A stretch of 64,000 nt of DNA. It comes from Octopus vulgaris. Lineage: Eukaryota. Position 1 is the first letter of the stretch; each line of letters begins with the position of its first letter. Made by a program: the position numbers and the translations under genes. Location of the stretch: NCBI GenBank assembly GCA_951406725.2, contig OX597816.1, positions 9,920,001 through 9,984,000 on the forward strand. The letters run 5' to 3'. The notes beneath the pieces were generated by a model that searched no databases, had not been told where the DNA came from, and saw only the letters and a list, made by a program, of their open reading frames with translations. Positions 12,788 through 26,054 of the stretch are shown piece after piece.

Positions 12788-13309
12788 TTTGGGACTGCCC
12801 TTGGCTCTATGATAAAACTCTCTATTTGAAAGCAATCTAAATTAAAACAATCCATCATGTAAATTTTAATTATAAACATCAGCTTTTTAATGACAATTAC
12901 TTTCCTAAATTCTTCATTATCGTCAATATTAATTGAAGCAAAGACAGCTTCATTCAGCAAACAACAATTAACACTACCACTTGTCTACTGTGTGCCTTTC
13001 ATAGAGGTTGCTGCATCACAGATATTCAGATTTAGTCTCTGGTCTGCGGAAAACTTTCACCCTTTCTGTGAGAAATCTCTGAGGCTCTGTAAAAGAATCG
13101 TAAGCACTGCCATACTTCTTCCTTTGTCTAAGCCTTTAGGTGAGGGTGGGGGAACCAATAATAAAAGTCTGTTTTCCCTAAACAACATACTACAATTAAA
13201 ATGCAGTGAGCTGGCAGAAACGTTAGCAGGCTTGACAAAATGCTTAGTGGTATTTCGTCTACTGCTACATTCTGAGTTCAAATTCTGCCTAAAGAAATAC
13301 AAATATTTA

Positions 13310-13685
13310 TTTTTTACTTGTTTCAGTCATTGGACTGCAGCCATGCTGGGGCACTGCCTTGAGAGATTTTAGAGGAACAAATTGATTACTTTTTTTTTTC
13401 TTTTTTTTAAGTTTGATACTTTTCTATTTCTCTGTTTTGCTGGACTGCAAAGTTACAGGGATGTGAACAAGCCAATAATGATTGCCAGGTCATGGAAGTG
13501 ACAAACATACACCCAAAGACACACATATGACAGGCTTAAATATATTTCCACCTATGAAATTCACTCACAGGTCATTGGTTGGTCTAGAGCTATGGCAGGA
13601 GACAATTGCCCAAGGTGCTGTGACATGGGACTAAACACAGTGGTGTGGTTGCAAAGCAAGCCTCTTAACCACAGAGCCATGCCTG
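13310..13685 (-). mobile_element. Diverged SINE family B
   Basis: Tail tttacttgtttcagtcat..ccatgctggggcactgcc and head remnants recognisable. Confidence 0.7.
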
Positions 13686-13729
13686 CATGCACATACACAC
13701 GTGGGTGTGTGCAAGAAAGAAGACTGCTT

Positions 13730-13940
13730 GTATTGGATATGTGATGTTTATGGATGAGGATAGTTGTATTAAGAAGTGCTGGTCACTAAACATGGCTGGA
13801 GCTTGTGGACAAAGAAGACCCAGAAGGCATGGAACGAAATGGTGAAGGCTGACCCCAGGACCCTGAACCTCACAGAGAAAATGACAAAGGACTGGGATAT
13901 CTGGTGATCTGAGGTTCTCATAGAAAACCCATCCACCATG
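13730..13940 (+). mobile_element. Decayed RTE LINE 3' fragment
   Basis: Disrupted remnants resembling the RTE C-terminus (GYVM..DEDS..KKC, RRPRR, WNEMVKAD..LNLTEKMTKD). Confidence 0.55.
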
Positions 13941-14139
13941 GTGAAACTGACTTCTGAAGCACTGTGTGGGTATATATATATATATATATATGCATATGCA
14001 CATGTGTTTATGTATGTGTGTATATACATGTGTGTTTATATATACACAGTCATTCAATTCCTTCTTCACATCACCTACCACTCTACATGTCCCCATGGCA
14101 ACTCTTCCTGCCTTTTGATACCAATTTTCTCATTTGCTA

Positions 14140-14637
14140 ACATCATCATCATCATTTAACATCTGTTGTCCAAGCAGGCATGGGTTGAACAGTTTGACTG
14201 AGAACTGGCAGGCCAGGAGGCTACACCAGGCTCCAATCTGATCTGGCAAAGTTTCTACAGCTGAATGCCCTTCCTAATGCCAACTACTCTGAGAGTGTAG
14301 TGGGTGCTTTTTACATGCCACTGGCATGAGGGCAAGTCAGGCGGTACAGGCATCAACAACGCTCAAATGGTGCTTTTTACATGCCACTGGTATGGGAGCC
14401 AGTCAGGTGGCACTAGCAATGACCGCACTCAGATGATGCTGTTTACATGCCACTGGCACAGGAGCCAGTCAAGTGGCATCTATAACAATACTGATTTCAA
14501 ATTTTGTCACAAGGCCAGCAATTTCAGAGGAGAGGATAAGTCGATCACATTGACCCCAATGCTTAAGTGGTACTTATTTTATCAACCTTGAAAGGATGAA
14601 AGGAAAAGTCAACCTCAGTGGAATTTGAACTCAGAAC
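14140..14637 (-). mobile_element. Family A SINE with three internal repeats, followed by a family C fragment
   Basis: (cat)n tail, three gctttttacatgccactgg-type units, then family C core from ~14500. Confidence 0.8.
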
Positions 14638-15059
14638 ACAGACCACCATATTGTCTCTCCTCATGCACTACATCTACTAATCCCTCTACTTTGCTCCTGC
14701 AGTCTATCCAAACATGTCATCTATCATTACTACTGTGCTACTAACCTTCCCAACTCATGTACTTCTCTCTCATTTTCCCACTTTACTTCCCTTATCTCTA
14801 CCCCCATACTCTCTTATAATCACGCACTCCCCAACTTGCTACTCCTACCTGAGGTTCCATCTGGATGCCTCACCACCACTGTGTCTCTTAGGACATACCA
14901 CCAATTCATTGTCATGTTCTCTTGGAAATATAAGTGGCCATCTAGCTTCTCTACAACAAGAACCTGCTCTAATGCAACCACTTCCCTCATATCCATCTAA
15001 CCACCGTCTAACATAAGGACACAACACCAAATACTTTCTTAGGCTTTTAGACTTTTGAG

Positions 15060-15485
15060 TTACATGGTAACCTCACTAGTGCTGGTGCTATGGAAAACAA
15101 CACCCAGTACACGCTGTAAAGTGGCTGACTTTAGGAAGGGCATTCAGCCATAGAAAGCATGCTTAAGCAGACACTGGAGCTTGGACTCGTCAGATTCTTA
15201 TTTCTTATTTCTTTATTGCCCACAAGGGGCTAAACACAGAGGGGACAAACAAGGACAGACAAAGGGATTAAGTTGATTACATCGACCCCAGTATGTAACT
15301 GGTACTTAATTTATTGACCCCAAAAGGATGAAAGACAAAGTCGACCTCGGGAGAATTTGAACTCAGAACATAACAGCAGACAAAATACGGCCAAGTATTT
15401 CGCCCGGCGTGCTAACGTTTCTGCCAGCCAGTTTCTTGTCAATGTGTCCAACCCATGCCAGCATAGAATAAGGACATTAAATGAC
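15060..15485. mobile_element. Diverged family A (+) interrupted by family C SINE (-, 15195-15428)
   Basis: Family A halves flank a near-complete inverted family C copy. Confidence 0.75.
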
Positions 15486-16224
15486 AAGAGCAGACTATTA
15501 TAATTTCTGACACTAACACTGCCAAACCATTTTCTAGTATAAACAAAGAAACAGTGATTTTGTTTCATCTGCTTAAATAAAAACAAAAAAACCCTGGAAA
15601 TTCAATATCTCACAGATGAGAGAAAGGTTACAAACAATATCTGTTTATTCTGCCAAATTTATTCATAGATTGTTAAATATGTTCACCTCTTCCAATAAAC
15701 TTTATTATTGTTATTAAATAATTGTGTGAATAAGTCACAGAGAAACTATTACACCTTGAACTAGCTGTGGCGAATTCAGATTAAAGAAAATGAAATTAAT
15801 TGAATAATGATTGTAGCAGCTTAATTTTGCAATCAGAATTGTCAGTCTTTCTGGTTGTATGTAGCATTTCTAATGTCAATTTGCATATATATTATATCAT
15901 GAAATATTAAATTATATACAACTCTAAGCAGGGATGCTGTGAGGATTGTTCAGTTGATAGACACGATTCTTGTATTGCTTCAGGAGATTGTGTATGGTAA
16001 TTCAGAAGATTTTCTCTGTCTTTCCTTCAGCACTCCTTTCAAAATAGCGGCTCTTAATATATCTAAGAATGGCAAAGTTTTGGAGTGACTGAGTATTCGT
16101 TGTTATCGTTTAGCCTCAGGCCAGCTCTGATTGAGCTGATTTGTGACCAAAGGCAATCCAGCTGTGACTATCTCGTCTTGTATATCTAGAACTGTATTGT
16201 CCGGAAAAAGAATATCTTCCCCCC

Positions 16225-16628
16225 TTACTCTTTTACTTGTTTCAGTCATCTGACCATGGCCATGCTGGAGCACCACTTTTAGTTGAGCAAATCGACCCCA
16301 GGACTTATTCTTTGTAAGCCTAGTACTTATTCTATCGGTCTCTTTTGCCAAACCACTAAGTTATGAGGCTGTCAGCATCAGTTGTCAAGCGATGTTGGGG
16401 GGACAAACACAGATACACAAACGTATACACACACACAGACATGCACACACACACATATATATATATATATACACATATGTACGATGGGCATCTACCAAAT
16501 GCACTCACAAGGCTTTGGTTGACCCGAGGCTATAGTAGAAGACACTTGCCCAAGGTGCCATGTAGTGGGACTGAACCTGGAACCATGTGGTTCGTAAGCA
16601 AGCTACTTACCACACAGCCACTCCTACA
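16225..16628 (-). mobile_element. SINE family B
   Basis: Reverse-complement match to family B. Confidence 0.88.
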
Positions 16629-18595
16629 CCTTATTTAATTTTTTTTTTCTTTTCAGTATGGTTTTTGGTATTTAAAGGAACACCAGCTCCTTGTTAGCTT
16701 GTTGGATATTTTTTTTTTATTAAGCAGCTTTACTCCTTTGAGAGTTAGTCAATTTTATAAGAATAACTATTGAAACTTGGTTCTATCATAAGTTTTGCTT
16801 TCCTTTACATCTTCCCAACAACACAAGCCCGCAATGTATATTAAGTGTTAGATTTATTTTCCTAGACTTTCATATATATAGATTTTTAATTTATATTTCC
16901 TAGCCAATCCTTTATATTGATACCTTTTGTATTTAGTTTTGCAGAGCAGGTATGATTTAGACAAATAATGAATGCAAAACCAATAACTCATGGCAATAAT
17001 CTATGAAGGAAATAAAACGGAGTTCATCAATATACTGACTTGTCAATAAAGCTGGAATCTACAAGAAAGATGACTCCAGACTTTTCAAGTTAGAATTCAC
17101 TGTAGTCAAAGTTTCAAACGTTTTCATTCCATTTATCACTCCAGATCCAAATTGAAAATGTTCCTTCTTACTGATATATAGAATCTGGAAGAACAGTGGC
17201 ACCAGTCCCATAGGAATTGTTTATATCGGTAGAATCAAAGAAAGAACAAATCAACTAATATCTGGAAATTAATGGTGTCTTTTAATCCTATATTAATTTA
17301 CAAACAATATTTTTCATCCGCTGTTGCCTCTACCATTTTCTCTTTAACTAGTTAATATTATAATTAAATCAATAACTTTATATATCAGCTATATATTTGT
17401 TTGCATTTAATAAATTCTGTGTAAGATTTTTAGTATCAATGTCTCAAAATCCAAAATATTCATTCATTACCAACCAAGTTCTAAAACTCTGTAGTGTTTT
17501 TTTTTTTAGAAATGTTGGCATTTCATTTATGAGCATTATTGCTACTTCATGTCTAAATTTTGAACTGCCAAAATAACAGCAAATAACTTTTAATTGATCA
17601 ATTTTCACATCAAAACTCAGTTGATATGAAATAAATTTACTTCGGGAGAAAGAAATTATTTGGTTTTAATTTGAAAAATGCTAACGTTATTATGGCGAAT
17701 ACTCATCTGTCTAATGTCAATGATTTAATTTAATGTCTATTTTGCTGATTTCTTCTGGTTTTTAATTTTAATTTTTAGCTTTTATGAGAAATGGCAAGTT
17801 TTAAAGAGATGCTTCAAACACAAATCATATAAAAAAAAAAAATCTAGGAAAAACAAAACAAACAAAAAAAACAAACATTTCTGTGATTTATAAACACATC
17901 TCATTAGGAATGTTACAAAGATGTCTGAAATTTATGAGTGCTGAATACAAACTTCTCAAATCATAAGTATATTCTTTAAAAGAAAAAATGACCCAAAAAC
18001 AACAAACAAAAGGCACTTAATTTCAATAAAAGTTCTTTAAATTTAGTTACATTTATAACTTTTTCAGGGTTATACTTCAAAAAGTTCTCTCCTTATTCAA
18101 CCCCCACCCCACCATCACCACATATATATATTAATCATTGTAATAACAAACAATTTTCATGTGGAATTTTTTATATTTTTCTTGCGTAAAATTGCCTATT
18201 TAAATGACGTTAACTTCCATAATGCCATTATTTTGATAAAGAATAAAAGAACTAATCATGATGTAAGCATATCTAGATTTCTTTGAGGATTTGGCTTATT
18301 CGAATGCAGATTAATTTGCCTAAATAAAATTTATTTAATGTGTCTGGTTTACAACTATTTTTTTATATTTTTCAGAAATCATTGTGAATTCCCTTCACAC
18401 TTTAATGTGTCTGGCCTATCACTAGTTGTACAAGTGAGCACCTGTTACAGTTTTTCTTAGAAAGTTTACTCATACCTGTCCTATCCTTATTAAATCAATC
18501 ATTCACAGCCTCACTACATATCTATTAGCTTAGGCTAATAGTGAGTTTCTTCAAGGGTGATATTTAGCAATTATGATTCTGTTTCTAAATATCTT

Positions 18596-19140
18596 CTTTT
18601 TCATCTAGTTTCAGCTCACGAGCTGTGGCCATGCTGGGGCACTGCCATTTGGTGTTGCTACATGATTTTACTTCACGAATGCTTTTTAGCAATTGCCATT
18701 TGGTGTATGAGAAAGTTTGATGCAGCTGCCCTCATCTGCACCTCCTGCCGTGAAGTTGGTTCATCTGGGACACCTGACAGGAAGAGGTCCAGTTTTATTT
18801 TGAAGACATCTGCATCCACCCCATGCAGGTCTCTCAGGTCCTTCGGAAGGATATTGAAGAGCTGTGGACCTCTGAAGCCCAGGCTATTGCAGTATCTTGT
18901 CCTACATCTTGATGGCAAATTTGGAGTCCTTGGCACTATGCAGTGGTGCCCAGTTCTAGTATTTGTGTAACTCTCGATGCCAAAGTTTGGGACAAGTCCT
19001 TCCAGGATCTTCCAGATGTATATTATGGCATATCTTTCTCGCCTACGCTCTAAGGAATAGAATCTTAATCTTTTGAGTCTTTCCCAATAGCTTATATGCT
19101 GCATAGAGGCTATCTTCTTCGTTGGATTGCCTCAAGTTCT
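18596..19140 (-). mobile_element. CR1-clade LINE 3' fragment (family 2)
   Basis: ORF 18673-19104: YWERLKRL..YSLERRRERY.IIYIWKILEGLVPN...GPQLFNILP..FKIKLD.FL..VPDEP. Confidence 0.9.
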
Positions 19141-19764
19141 GAAAAACTGCAGGAAGGCCCGCCGTGAATAGGACATTAAGCATCCTCTCATTTTTAACAT
19201 CCATCCTCTCTTTTCTGCTGTCATTCTCAACACCCTTTCATACCTGCTGTTGATAGCCTCACCCCCACTGTTATCCCACACTCACTGTAGCTAATCCCAC
19301 ATACCTCTGTTCTTCATTTATATCACTGTACATCTCTCTCTCTCTTTCTCCATTCTTCCCCTCTCTCTTTTACATCATCTCCCTATTTTCTGATCTATTT
19401 ACAAATTTATTCTACTGCTACTTCCATCCCACCCCCCTGTACTCCCTCTTACAACCCTCTCCTTCCTGAGCCATTCTTATTCTTTCCTTGGCCCAGCCTC
19501 CCAGCTGATATCTACCATCAACTGCACCTCCACCTTTGTTCATCATTCATTACATTCACCTCCTCCCCTATTTCTAACCACCTCTCACTCTCCCCTCAGA
19601 TTCCAATCAATTTATCCATCTACCCTTCCTGATCCTTTGTTCCTATTCTCTCTTCTACTTATTTTCTTGTATCTTAAGTGTACACTCTGATACCTTGTCA
19701 CTACCATCATTCTCTCGTCTCCAGCTACTTCTACTCTTTCCCCTCCATACACACGCAACCATGT

Positions 19765-19871
19765 ATCTGACTCATACACTGTTCACTTCCCAGACATTTG
19801 TACATTACTACATATGCTTTATATGCACTGTTGACAAGTTGTGGTGCACCTGAGCACTGTATACAATAATT

Positions 19872-19905
<34 letters not shown>
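19765..19905 (+). mobile_element. CR1 family 1 3' UTR with (ATT)n tail
   Basis: Reverse complement of 11675-11800. Confidence 0.85.
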
Positions 19906-19906
<1 letters not shown>

Positions 19907-20039
19907 ATATCACCCTTATAGCAAGACATCTGTGCCACTCTCTCTCTCTCTCATACATTTTCAAACCTAGCACAAAACCACCTCTGTCTCTACTACAATC
20001 CCACACAGCTGAGGAGGAACTTTTTTGTCTTGTCAGTAA

Positions 20040-20517
20040 CTTGTGACCTCACTGGTGCTGGTGCCATGTAAAATGCACCTAGTAAACTCTGTAAAGTGGG
20101 TGGCATTAGGAAGGGCATCCATCCACAGAAACCATGTCAAAACAGATATTGGAGCTCAATACAATCCTCCAGTTCACTGGGTCCTATTGCCTGTCCAACC
20201 CATGCCAGCATGGAACATGGACATTATATATCAGTGCTGCTGGACTGGCTCCTGTGCAGGTGGCACATAAAAAGCACCATTTGAGTGTGGCCGTTGCCAG
20301 TACTGCCTGACTGGCCCTCATGCCAGTGGCACGTATAAAGCACCTACTACACTCTCGGAGTGGTTGGTGTTAGGAAGGGCATCCAGCTGTAGAAACTCTG
20401 CCAGATCAGATTGGAGCCTGGTGCAGCCATCTGGTTCGCCAGACTTCAGTAAAATCGTCCAACCCATGCTAGCATGGAAAGTGGACATTAAACGATGATG
20501 ATGATAATGATGATGAC
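20040..20517 (+). mobile_element. Two tandem family A SINEs
   Basis: Two successive ggcattaggaagggcatcc..cccatgc.agcatgga blocks. Confidence 0.82.
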
Positions 20518-20962
20518 TATCGGCTTCTGTACAGTTTGGATCTATGAAATCTCACTCACAAGGTATTGGCCCAAGGTACTGGACAGTGGGATTGAACCTA
20601 GAACTACATGGTGAAGTGAAATTTCTAACCACATGGCCATTCCTGCACCGTTGTTGGCTTCCTTTATTTTAAAATTAAATTTATATCTTAAGTTGATATT
20701 TGCAAAGTTACTTATAAAACTTCCTCGATTCTTATGTTACAATTTATTTCTGTCCTCAACTTTATTCAATACTGAAGCTTTCAATCAAGATGTGATATCT
20801 CATTACATTAAACTGTTGCTGAATGAGCCTAATTCTGATTGGTTGACGAAGAACCAAGGAAAGATGATAGGACACTGGGGAGGCTAAAAGTTTATTTGAA
20901 AGCAGACACAAACCATATATAAATATATATATATATATAAGCCGTACATATATATATATACC

Positions 20963-21010
<48 letters not shown>

Positions 21011-21169
21011 CACTGCATAAATCAGGAGATCTGAAATAAATTTAATTAAGAAACTTCTGAGAGTTAACAAGAATGTAACTGTATTCTTTCTATCCTACTG
21101 ATGTGTGGAAAAAAAGCCAGATAGTTTCATGGTTTGTTGACTATTCATAATAAAAAAAAGAATTTTTAA

Positions 21170-21520
21170 ATAGTAATGAAATTATTGTATACAGTGCTCA
21201 GATGCACCACAACTTGTCAAAAGTGTGTATAAAGCATATGCAGTGATGTACAAATGTCTGGGAAGTGAACAGTGTATGAGTCAGATTCATGCATGCATGT
21301 GTATGGAGGGGAGAAAATCATGTCTAGTGTTGGTGAAACTCAGGAAGCATGGAAGTTTTGAAGGATGCAGTGCTCCGACAACTAACAACTGATGCCGGCA
21401 GTTTGTTCCATGCTTCAGCAACTCTTAGTGTGAAAAAATGTTTCCGAAAGTCATGGGAGCTGTGCTGTTTTCTGACTTTGTAAATATGTCCACAGGTGTT
21501 AGTCAGGTGGAGTTTGAGAA
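21170..21520 (-). mobile_element. CR1 family 1 3' fragment
   Basis: High identity to 11675-12005. Confidence 0.88.
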
Positions 21521-21983
21521 GACATTCTGCTTCTTTCTCTAATCAACAACATAAATCATATGTTTAAAAAGCAGTCACAAATTAGATTAGCACCATAGTG
21601 GATAATCTAATTTGCATATTTGGACTTTTGATTGTTTATCACTAATTAAACAATATTTTTGCATAATGCAGTGTAAATATTTCAGAAGACCTGAAATAAA
21701 TTTAAGCATTATAAATATTAAATGTTATATACAAAATAGGCTATCTACCATGACTGCTTTATAAGTAGTTAATCTATGTTACTGATTGGAAAAGGAAGTT
21801 GGATATGTCATCTGTAAAGAGCAGCCAACAAACCACGAAACAGTCCATCAAGAGACTCTCTTCTCCTTCTTTAGTGATGTTAATAAAAAGCAGCTGCAAG
21901 TTTAACATCAAACCTCTAACACGTTGAACATGCTATGACAATATGTCTGCTTTGATATTGTGACAGCCACAAATTCAAATATT

Positions 21984-22534
21984 TAACCGTTTTGCTCATA
22001 TTTTTGTTGAAACACTCTTTGTTTCAATTAATTCTGAAATTAATGAAACATTTAGTAAAGTAACTGTAATTAAGCTGGTGATGTTGTTTCATCTTTTAGA
22101 AGGAACAGTTGCTTGTTCCTTCTTGAGCCATGCCTGAATCATAAGGGCCGGTTTCCCGGTTTCCTTGGCATATAGGTTCCCCACCTGGATGGGACACCAG
22201 TCCGTCGCAGATGAGCTACAAGATGCAGGAAAAAAGAGTGAGAAAAAGTTATGGCGAAAGAGTCAGCAGAAGTTTGCCATTACCTTCTGCTGGATTCGTG
22301 TGGAGTTTAGATGTTTCGCTCATAAACATACACATCGCCCAGTCTGAGATTCGAACCCACAATCCCTCGACCGCGAGTCTGCTGCTCTAACCACTAGGCC
22401 ATGTGCCTCCACAAGCTGGTGTTAGGAACATAAATTAACAGGAAATTTTTATACAAGGGTTTTAGATCACTTTAAAGCAGGAAGTTTGTAACATTGAATC
22501 AAGGACAGTTTGAGGAGTTTAATATCAAGAGTTA
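21984..22534. mobile_element. Diverged piggyBac-type MITE with SINE E insertion
   Basis: ttaaccgtt...gagttaa ends; interior similar to 39581-39790. Confidence 0.6.
22081..22412 (-). mobile_element. tRNA-derived SINE family E (tail type 1)
   Basis: A-box tggcctagtgg, B-box ggttcgaatc; 9-bp TSD aagctggtg at 22072-22080 and 22413-22421. Confidence 0.88.
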
Positions 22535-22654
22535 ATCCTTTTTGTTTTTTATATTTCTCTTAAAAAAAAAAATGGATGAACCCATATACTAAACTCCTGA
22601 AACTGTCCTTGATTCAATGTTACAAACTTCCTGCTTTAAAGTGATCTAAAATCA

Positions 22655-22945
22655 CCAATGGAGAAGTTCTTAACCAGATCAAGTCGAAACTGTTGCTGGA
22701 AGCTAGGATTACCAACCATAGATTGGCATATTTTGGTCATATTATGCAGAGAAAATCCCTGGAGAAGGACATCATGCTCAGAATGGTCAATGGTAAGAGA
22801 GGAAGAGGCCAACCAAGAACCTGCTGGCTTGACACCATCAAGAGTGACACAGGAATGACCATGGCCAATCTGAAAGAAGTGACCCAGGATAGAACTGGCT
22901 GGAGAACACTGATCCATCGAGTAACCGAGAGTTGACTTTGACTGA
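22655..22945 (+). mobile_element. RTE (BovB-like) LINE 3' fragment
   Basis: RLAYFGHIMQR.SLEKDIML..VNGKRGRGQPR..WLD.I...DRTGWR..IHRVT. Confidence 0.88.
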
Positions 22946-23033
22946 GCGGATAGATAGATAGATTTCTCTTAAAATACGCTTCTTTTGTTTCAATTAATTT
23001 TGAAAGAAATGTTGTATTTAGTAAAATAATTTT

Positions 23034-23866
23034 GAGGTCTGATCCAAAACATATCAGAACTGGTACAATAAAAAGAAAACCACGAAACATATCAGAACTG
23101 GTACAATAAAAAGAAAACCACAACACAAATCAATTCAGCAGTTAATCTCTTTTGAAGTGGTCCACTTCTAAAGCCACACACTTGACCCAGTGCCATTTCC
23201 ATCAATGGAAGCATTCCTGCAACCCCTTTTTTTGGAATAGTGAGCAGTTGCTGTGTTGCATTCTCTTCTATTTTCTTGACATTTTGAAATCTAGTTGGAG
23301 GTTTCCACTGTGAAAACTGAGCCTTGGTTTCAGGATCAGAGCCATAGACCCATGATTTATCACCTGTTATGACCATTTTCAAAAAAAACTTTGTCATTCG
23401 TGATACCTGTGCCTGTGGCACGTAAAAAGCACCAACCGATTGTGGCCACTGCCAGCCTCCCCTGGCACGTAAAAGCATCCACTACACTCACAGAATGGTT
23501 GGCATTAGGAAGGGCATCCAGCTGTAGAAACACTGCCAGATCAGACTGGAGCCTGGTGCTGCCTCCTGGCTTCCCAGACCCCAGTCGAACCGTCCAACCC
23601 ATGCTAGCATGGAAAATGGACGTTAAACGATGATGATGATGATTACAATCAATGAAATCCCTTGCAGCTGAAACCTTATCTTCTTTTGAGATGACCACAC
23701 ACTACACACTTTCCTTCCAAGCACTGCTATAAACAACGAAAATGAGTGAGAGCATTATAACCGAGTGCAACAGAGTTCAAGGTCAATCTGTGCCAAGTGG
23801 TTTCACTCTGCATATTTTAATTCTGTTACTATAGCAACAGCGTTGATACTTTTTGCTCAGACCTTG
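23034..23866 (-). mobile_element. Internally deleted mariner with a family A SINE inserted at 23402-23643
   Basis: Imperfect TIRs gaggtctgatccaaaacatatc / rc caaggtctgagcaaaaagtatc; VITGDKSWVYGSDPETKAQ.SQWK motif. Confidence 0.8.
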
Positions 23867-25117
23867 CATTGTTAATCTAGTGTTTGGAACGCAAATGAAC
23901 ATGAAATTTTGATGGACGGTTTTTTTTTAGACCACCTCAAAACAGGTTTTAAAGAACCAGTTGAGGTCTGAAGCAGGTTTATATCAAAGGAGTTAAAATC
24001 ATGTATTATTTTTAAAAAATGTTATTATGTTAATATTGCTGATAAAAATGTGTATAAATGACAAACTATTTTCTTTACTGGGGAAAAAAAATCAATTTGG
24101 AAATTTAAACCTTATACTCTGAATTATTGCAATATATTTTTGCATTTGATTTATAAGAAAAGGAAAATATATATGAGGAAATGTGATTCCAGAACACAAT
24201 CACACAGAAGATATAGATCTTCAGTGGAAAAATATATTTTTAAAAATAAAAAAACTAAAAAAACTTTGATTAAAGTTTCTAAAAGCGATAAAATATGTCC
24301 TCGGAATGATCGCTTGTAACTGATACGATTTAGGAATTACATTACTGTGAAAAGAAATTGGTCTCACCAAATTTCAGTTAATCATGCAGAGAGAATTTCT
24401 TGATCAGATTAAATAACTGAATAGGATTGCTTTAAAAGATCAACATTTGAAGCAGGTGTATTTCCAAATTAGTTTAGATATGAATATTTTTGAAGTTAAT
24501 ATAGTATCTATATAGAAACCCATTCCACTTGCTTTATTCCTTTCAATTCTGTATCTTGGGGAAGATATTTTTCACTCTGATTAAAAGAACACTGAGGCTT
24601 GGTGGAATGGTTGGGTGGAATGGTTGGGGTGTTGCTGTGCATTTAATTTCCACTTATTCCCCTCTGACAAATCTTAAAGCAGTCTATCAGTCTGTTACAT
24701 ATTTCTGAGTTGCTTAGATAAAAATCTATATAAAAGAAAGCAAATTAATATGTTAATATAAAATTTTTTATTTTCTGAAATCTGGAACAATTCAGAAAAT
24801 TTTACTTTTTGTCTATGAGCCAAACAACTGTTCAATCACCTAAAGTGGATGTAAAATTAAGATGGTATAGACTATTGTCTTGTTTTTATCCTTCTAAAAC
24901 ATATAGTTTAAATAATCCTATTTTTGTTGGAACTTTATATTTTGAAGATTCAGTTTCTAGATTATTTTAATAAATAAATTTACCCAGTAAAGAGGACTGA
25001 ATTCCTAGGTTAGTTACAATAGTTTAAAACCTTATCCTTATTATCACTTTCCAGTTTGGCCTAACAAAATCCTTGTCACAATTATCATCACCATCATAAT
25101 CACCACTGTCATAATTA

Positions 25118-25527
25118 CCTATTTCTTTACTACCCACAAGGGGCTAAACATAGAGGGGACAAGCAAGGACAGACAAAGGGATTAAGTCGATTACATCGAC
25201 CCCAGTGCGTAACTGGTACTTATTCGACCCCGAAAGGATGAAAGGCAAAGTCGACCTCGGCGGAATTTGAACTCTGAACATAAAGACAAAATATCTATTT
25301 CTTTACTTCCCACAAGGGGCTAAACACAGAGGGGACAAGCAAGGATAGACAAAGGGATTAAGCTGATCACATCGACCACAGTGCGTAACTGGTACTTATT
25401 TAATCGACCCAGAAAGGATGAAAGGCAAAGTCGACCTCGGTGGAATTTGAACTCAGAACGTAGCCACAGACGAAATACAGCTAAGCATTTTGCCTGGCGT
25501 GCTAAAGTTTCTGCCAGCTCGCTGCCT
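25118..25527 (-). mobile_element. SINE family C, tandem dimer
   Basis: One head followed by two core+tail units. Confidence 0.88.
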
Positions 25528-26054
25528 TCAACCATCATAATTACCACCATCATAATCACCACCGTCGTAATTACTACTGTCACAATCATAACTATCATAA
25601 TCATCATTGTCATTACTCTATCATCCACTCTTTCTTGCTTGGAATGGGTAGGACAAAATTTGTTGAGACAGATTTTTTAAGGCCATACGTTCTTGCTGTC
25701 ACTGACATTTCATCTGTTTCCAAGTAAAATATTTTCCTATGGCCAGATAGAAATTTATGGAAGATTGGAAACTGACTCTGCTTTTATGATGCCAACACTC
25801 ATTTACAACTCTCACAGCAAGGAGACAGTAACTCTCACACACACAAACACACATATGATGGGCTTCTTCCAGTTTCCATTTATCAAATACATCCAGAAGG
25901 CTATGGTTGGCCCAAGGTGATAGTAGACACTTATTCAAGAATGCCATGCAGTAGTAGTGAACTCAAAGCCATGTGGTTGGGAAGCAAACATCTTAACCAG
26001 ATAGCTACATTTGTGTCTTATATTAATTTGGTACAACACAAATAAAAAAAAATC

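Noticed and set aside
16945-16949. 5-nt microexon (ttttgcag|AGCAG|gtatga); similar 17-nt case near 8835-8851
   Set aside because: Such motif pairs arise by chance in 64 kb of AT-rich DNA; no supporting evidence
17000-17260. Minus-strand terminal exon candidate ILYISKKEHFQFGSG...
   Set aside because: Short, unrecognised, no linked exons
19200-19760. Long pyrimidine-rich tract as a functional triplex element
   Set aside because: Heavily interrupted low-complexity sequence without mirror symmetry; similar tracts occur at 4270, 14650 and 46820
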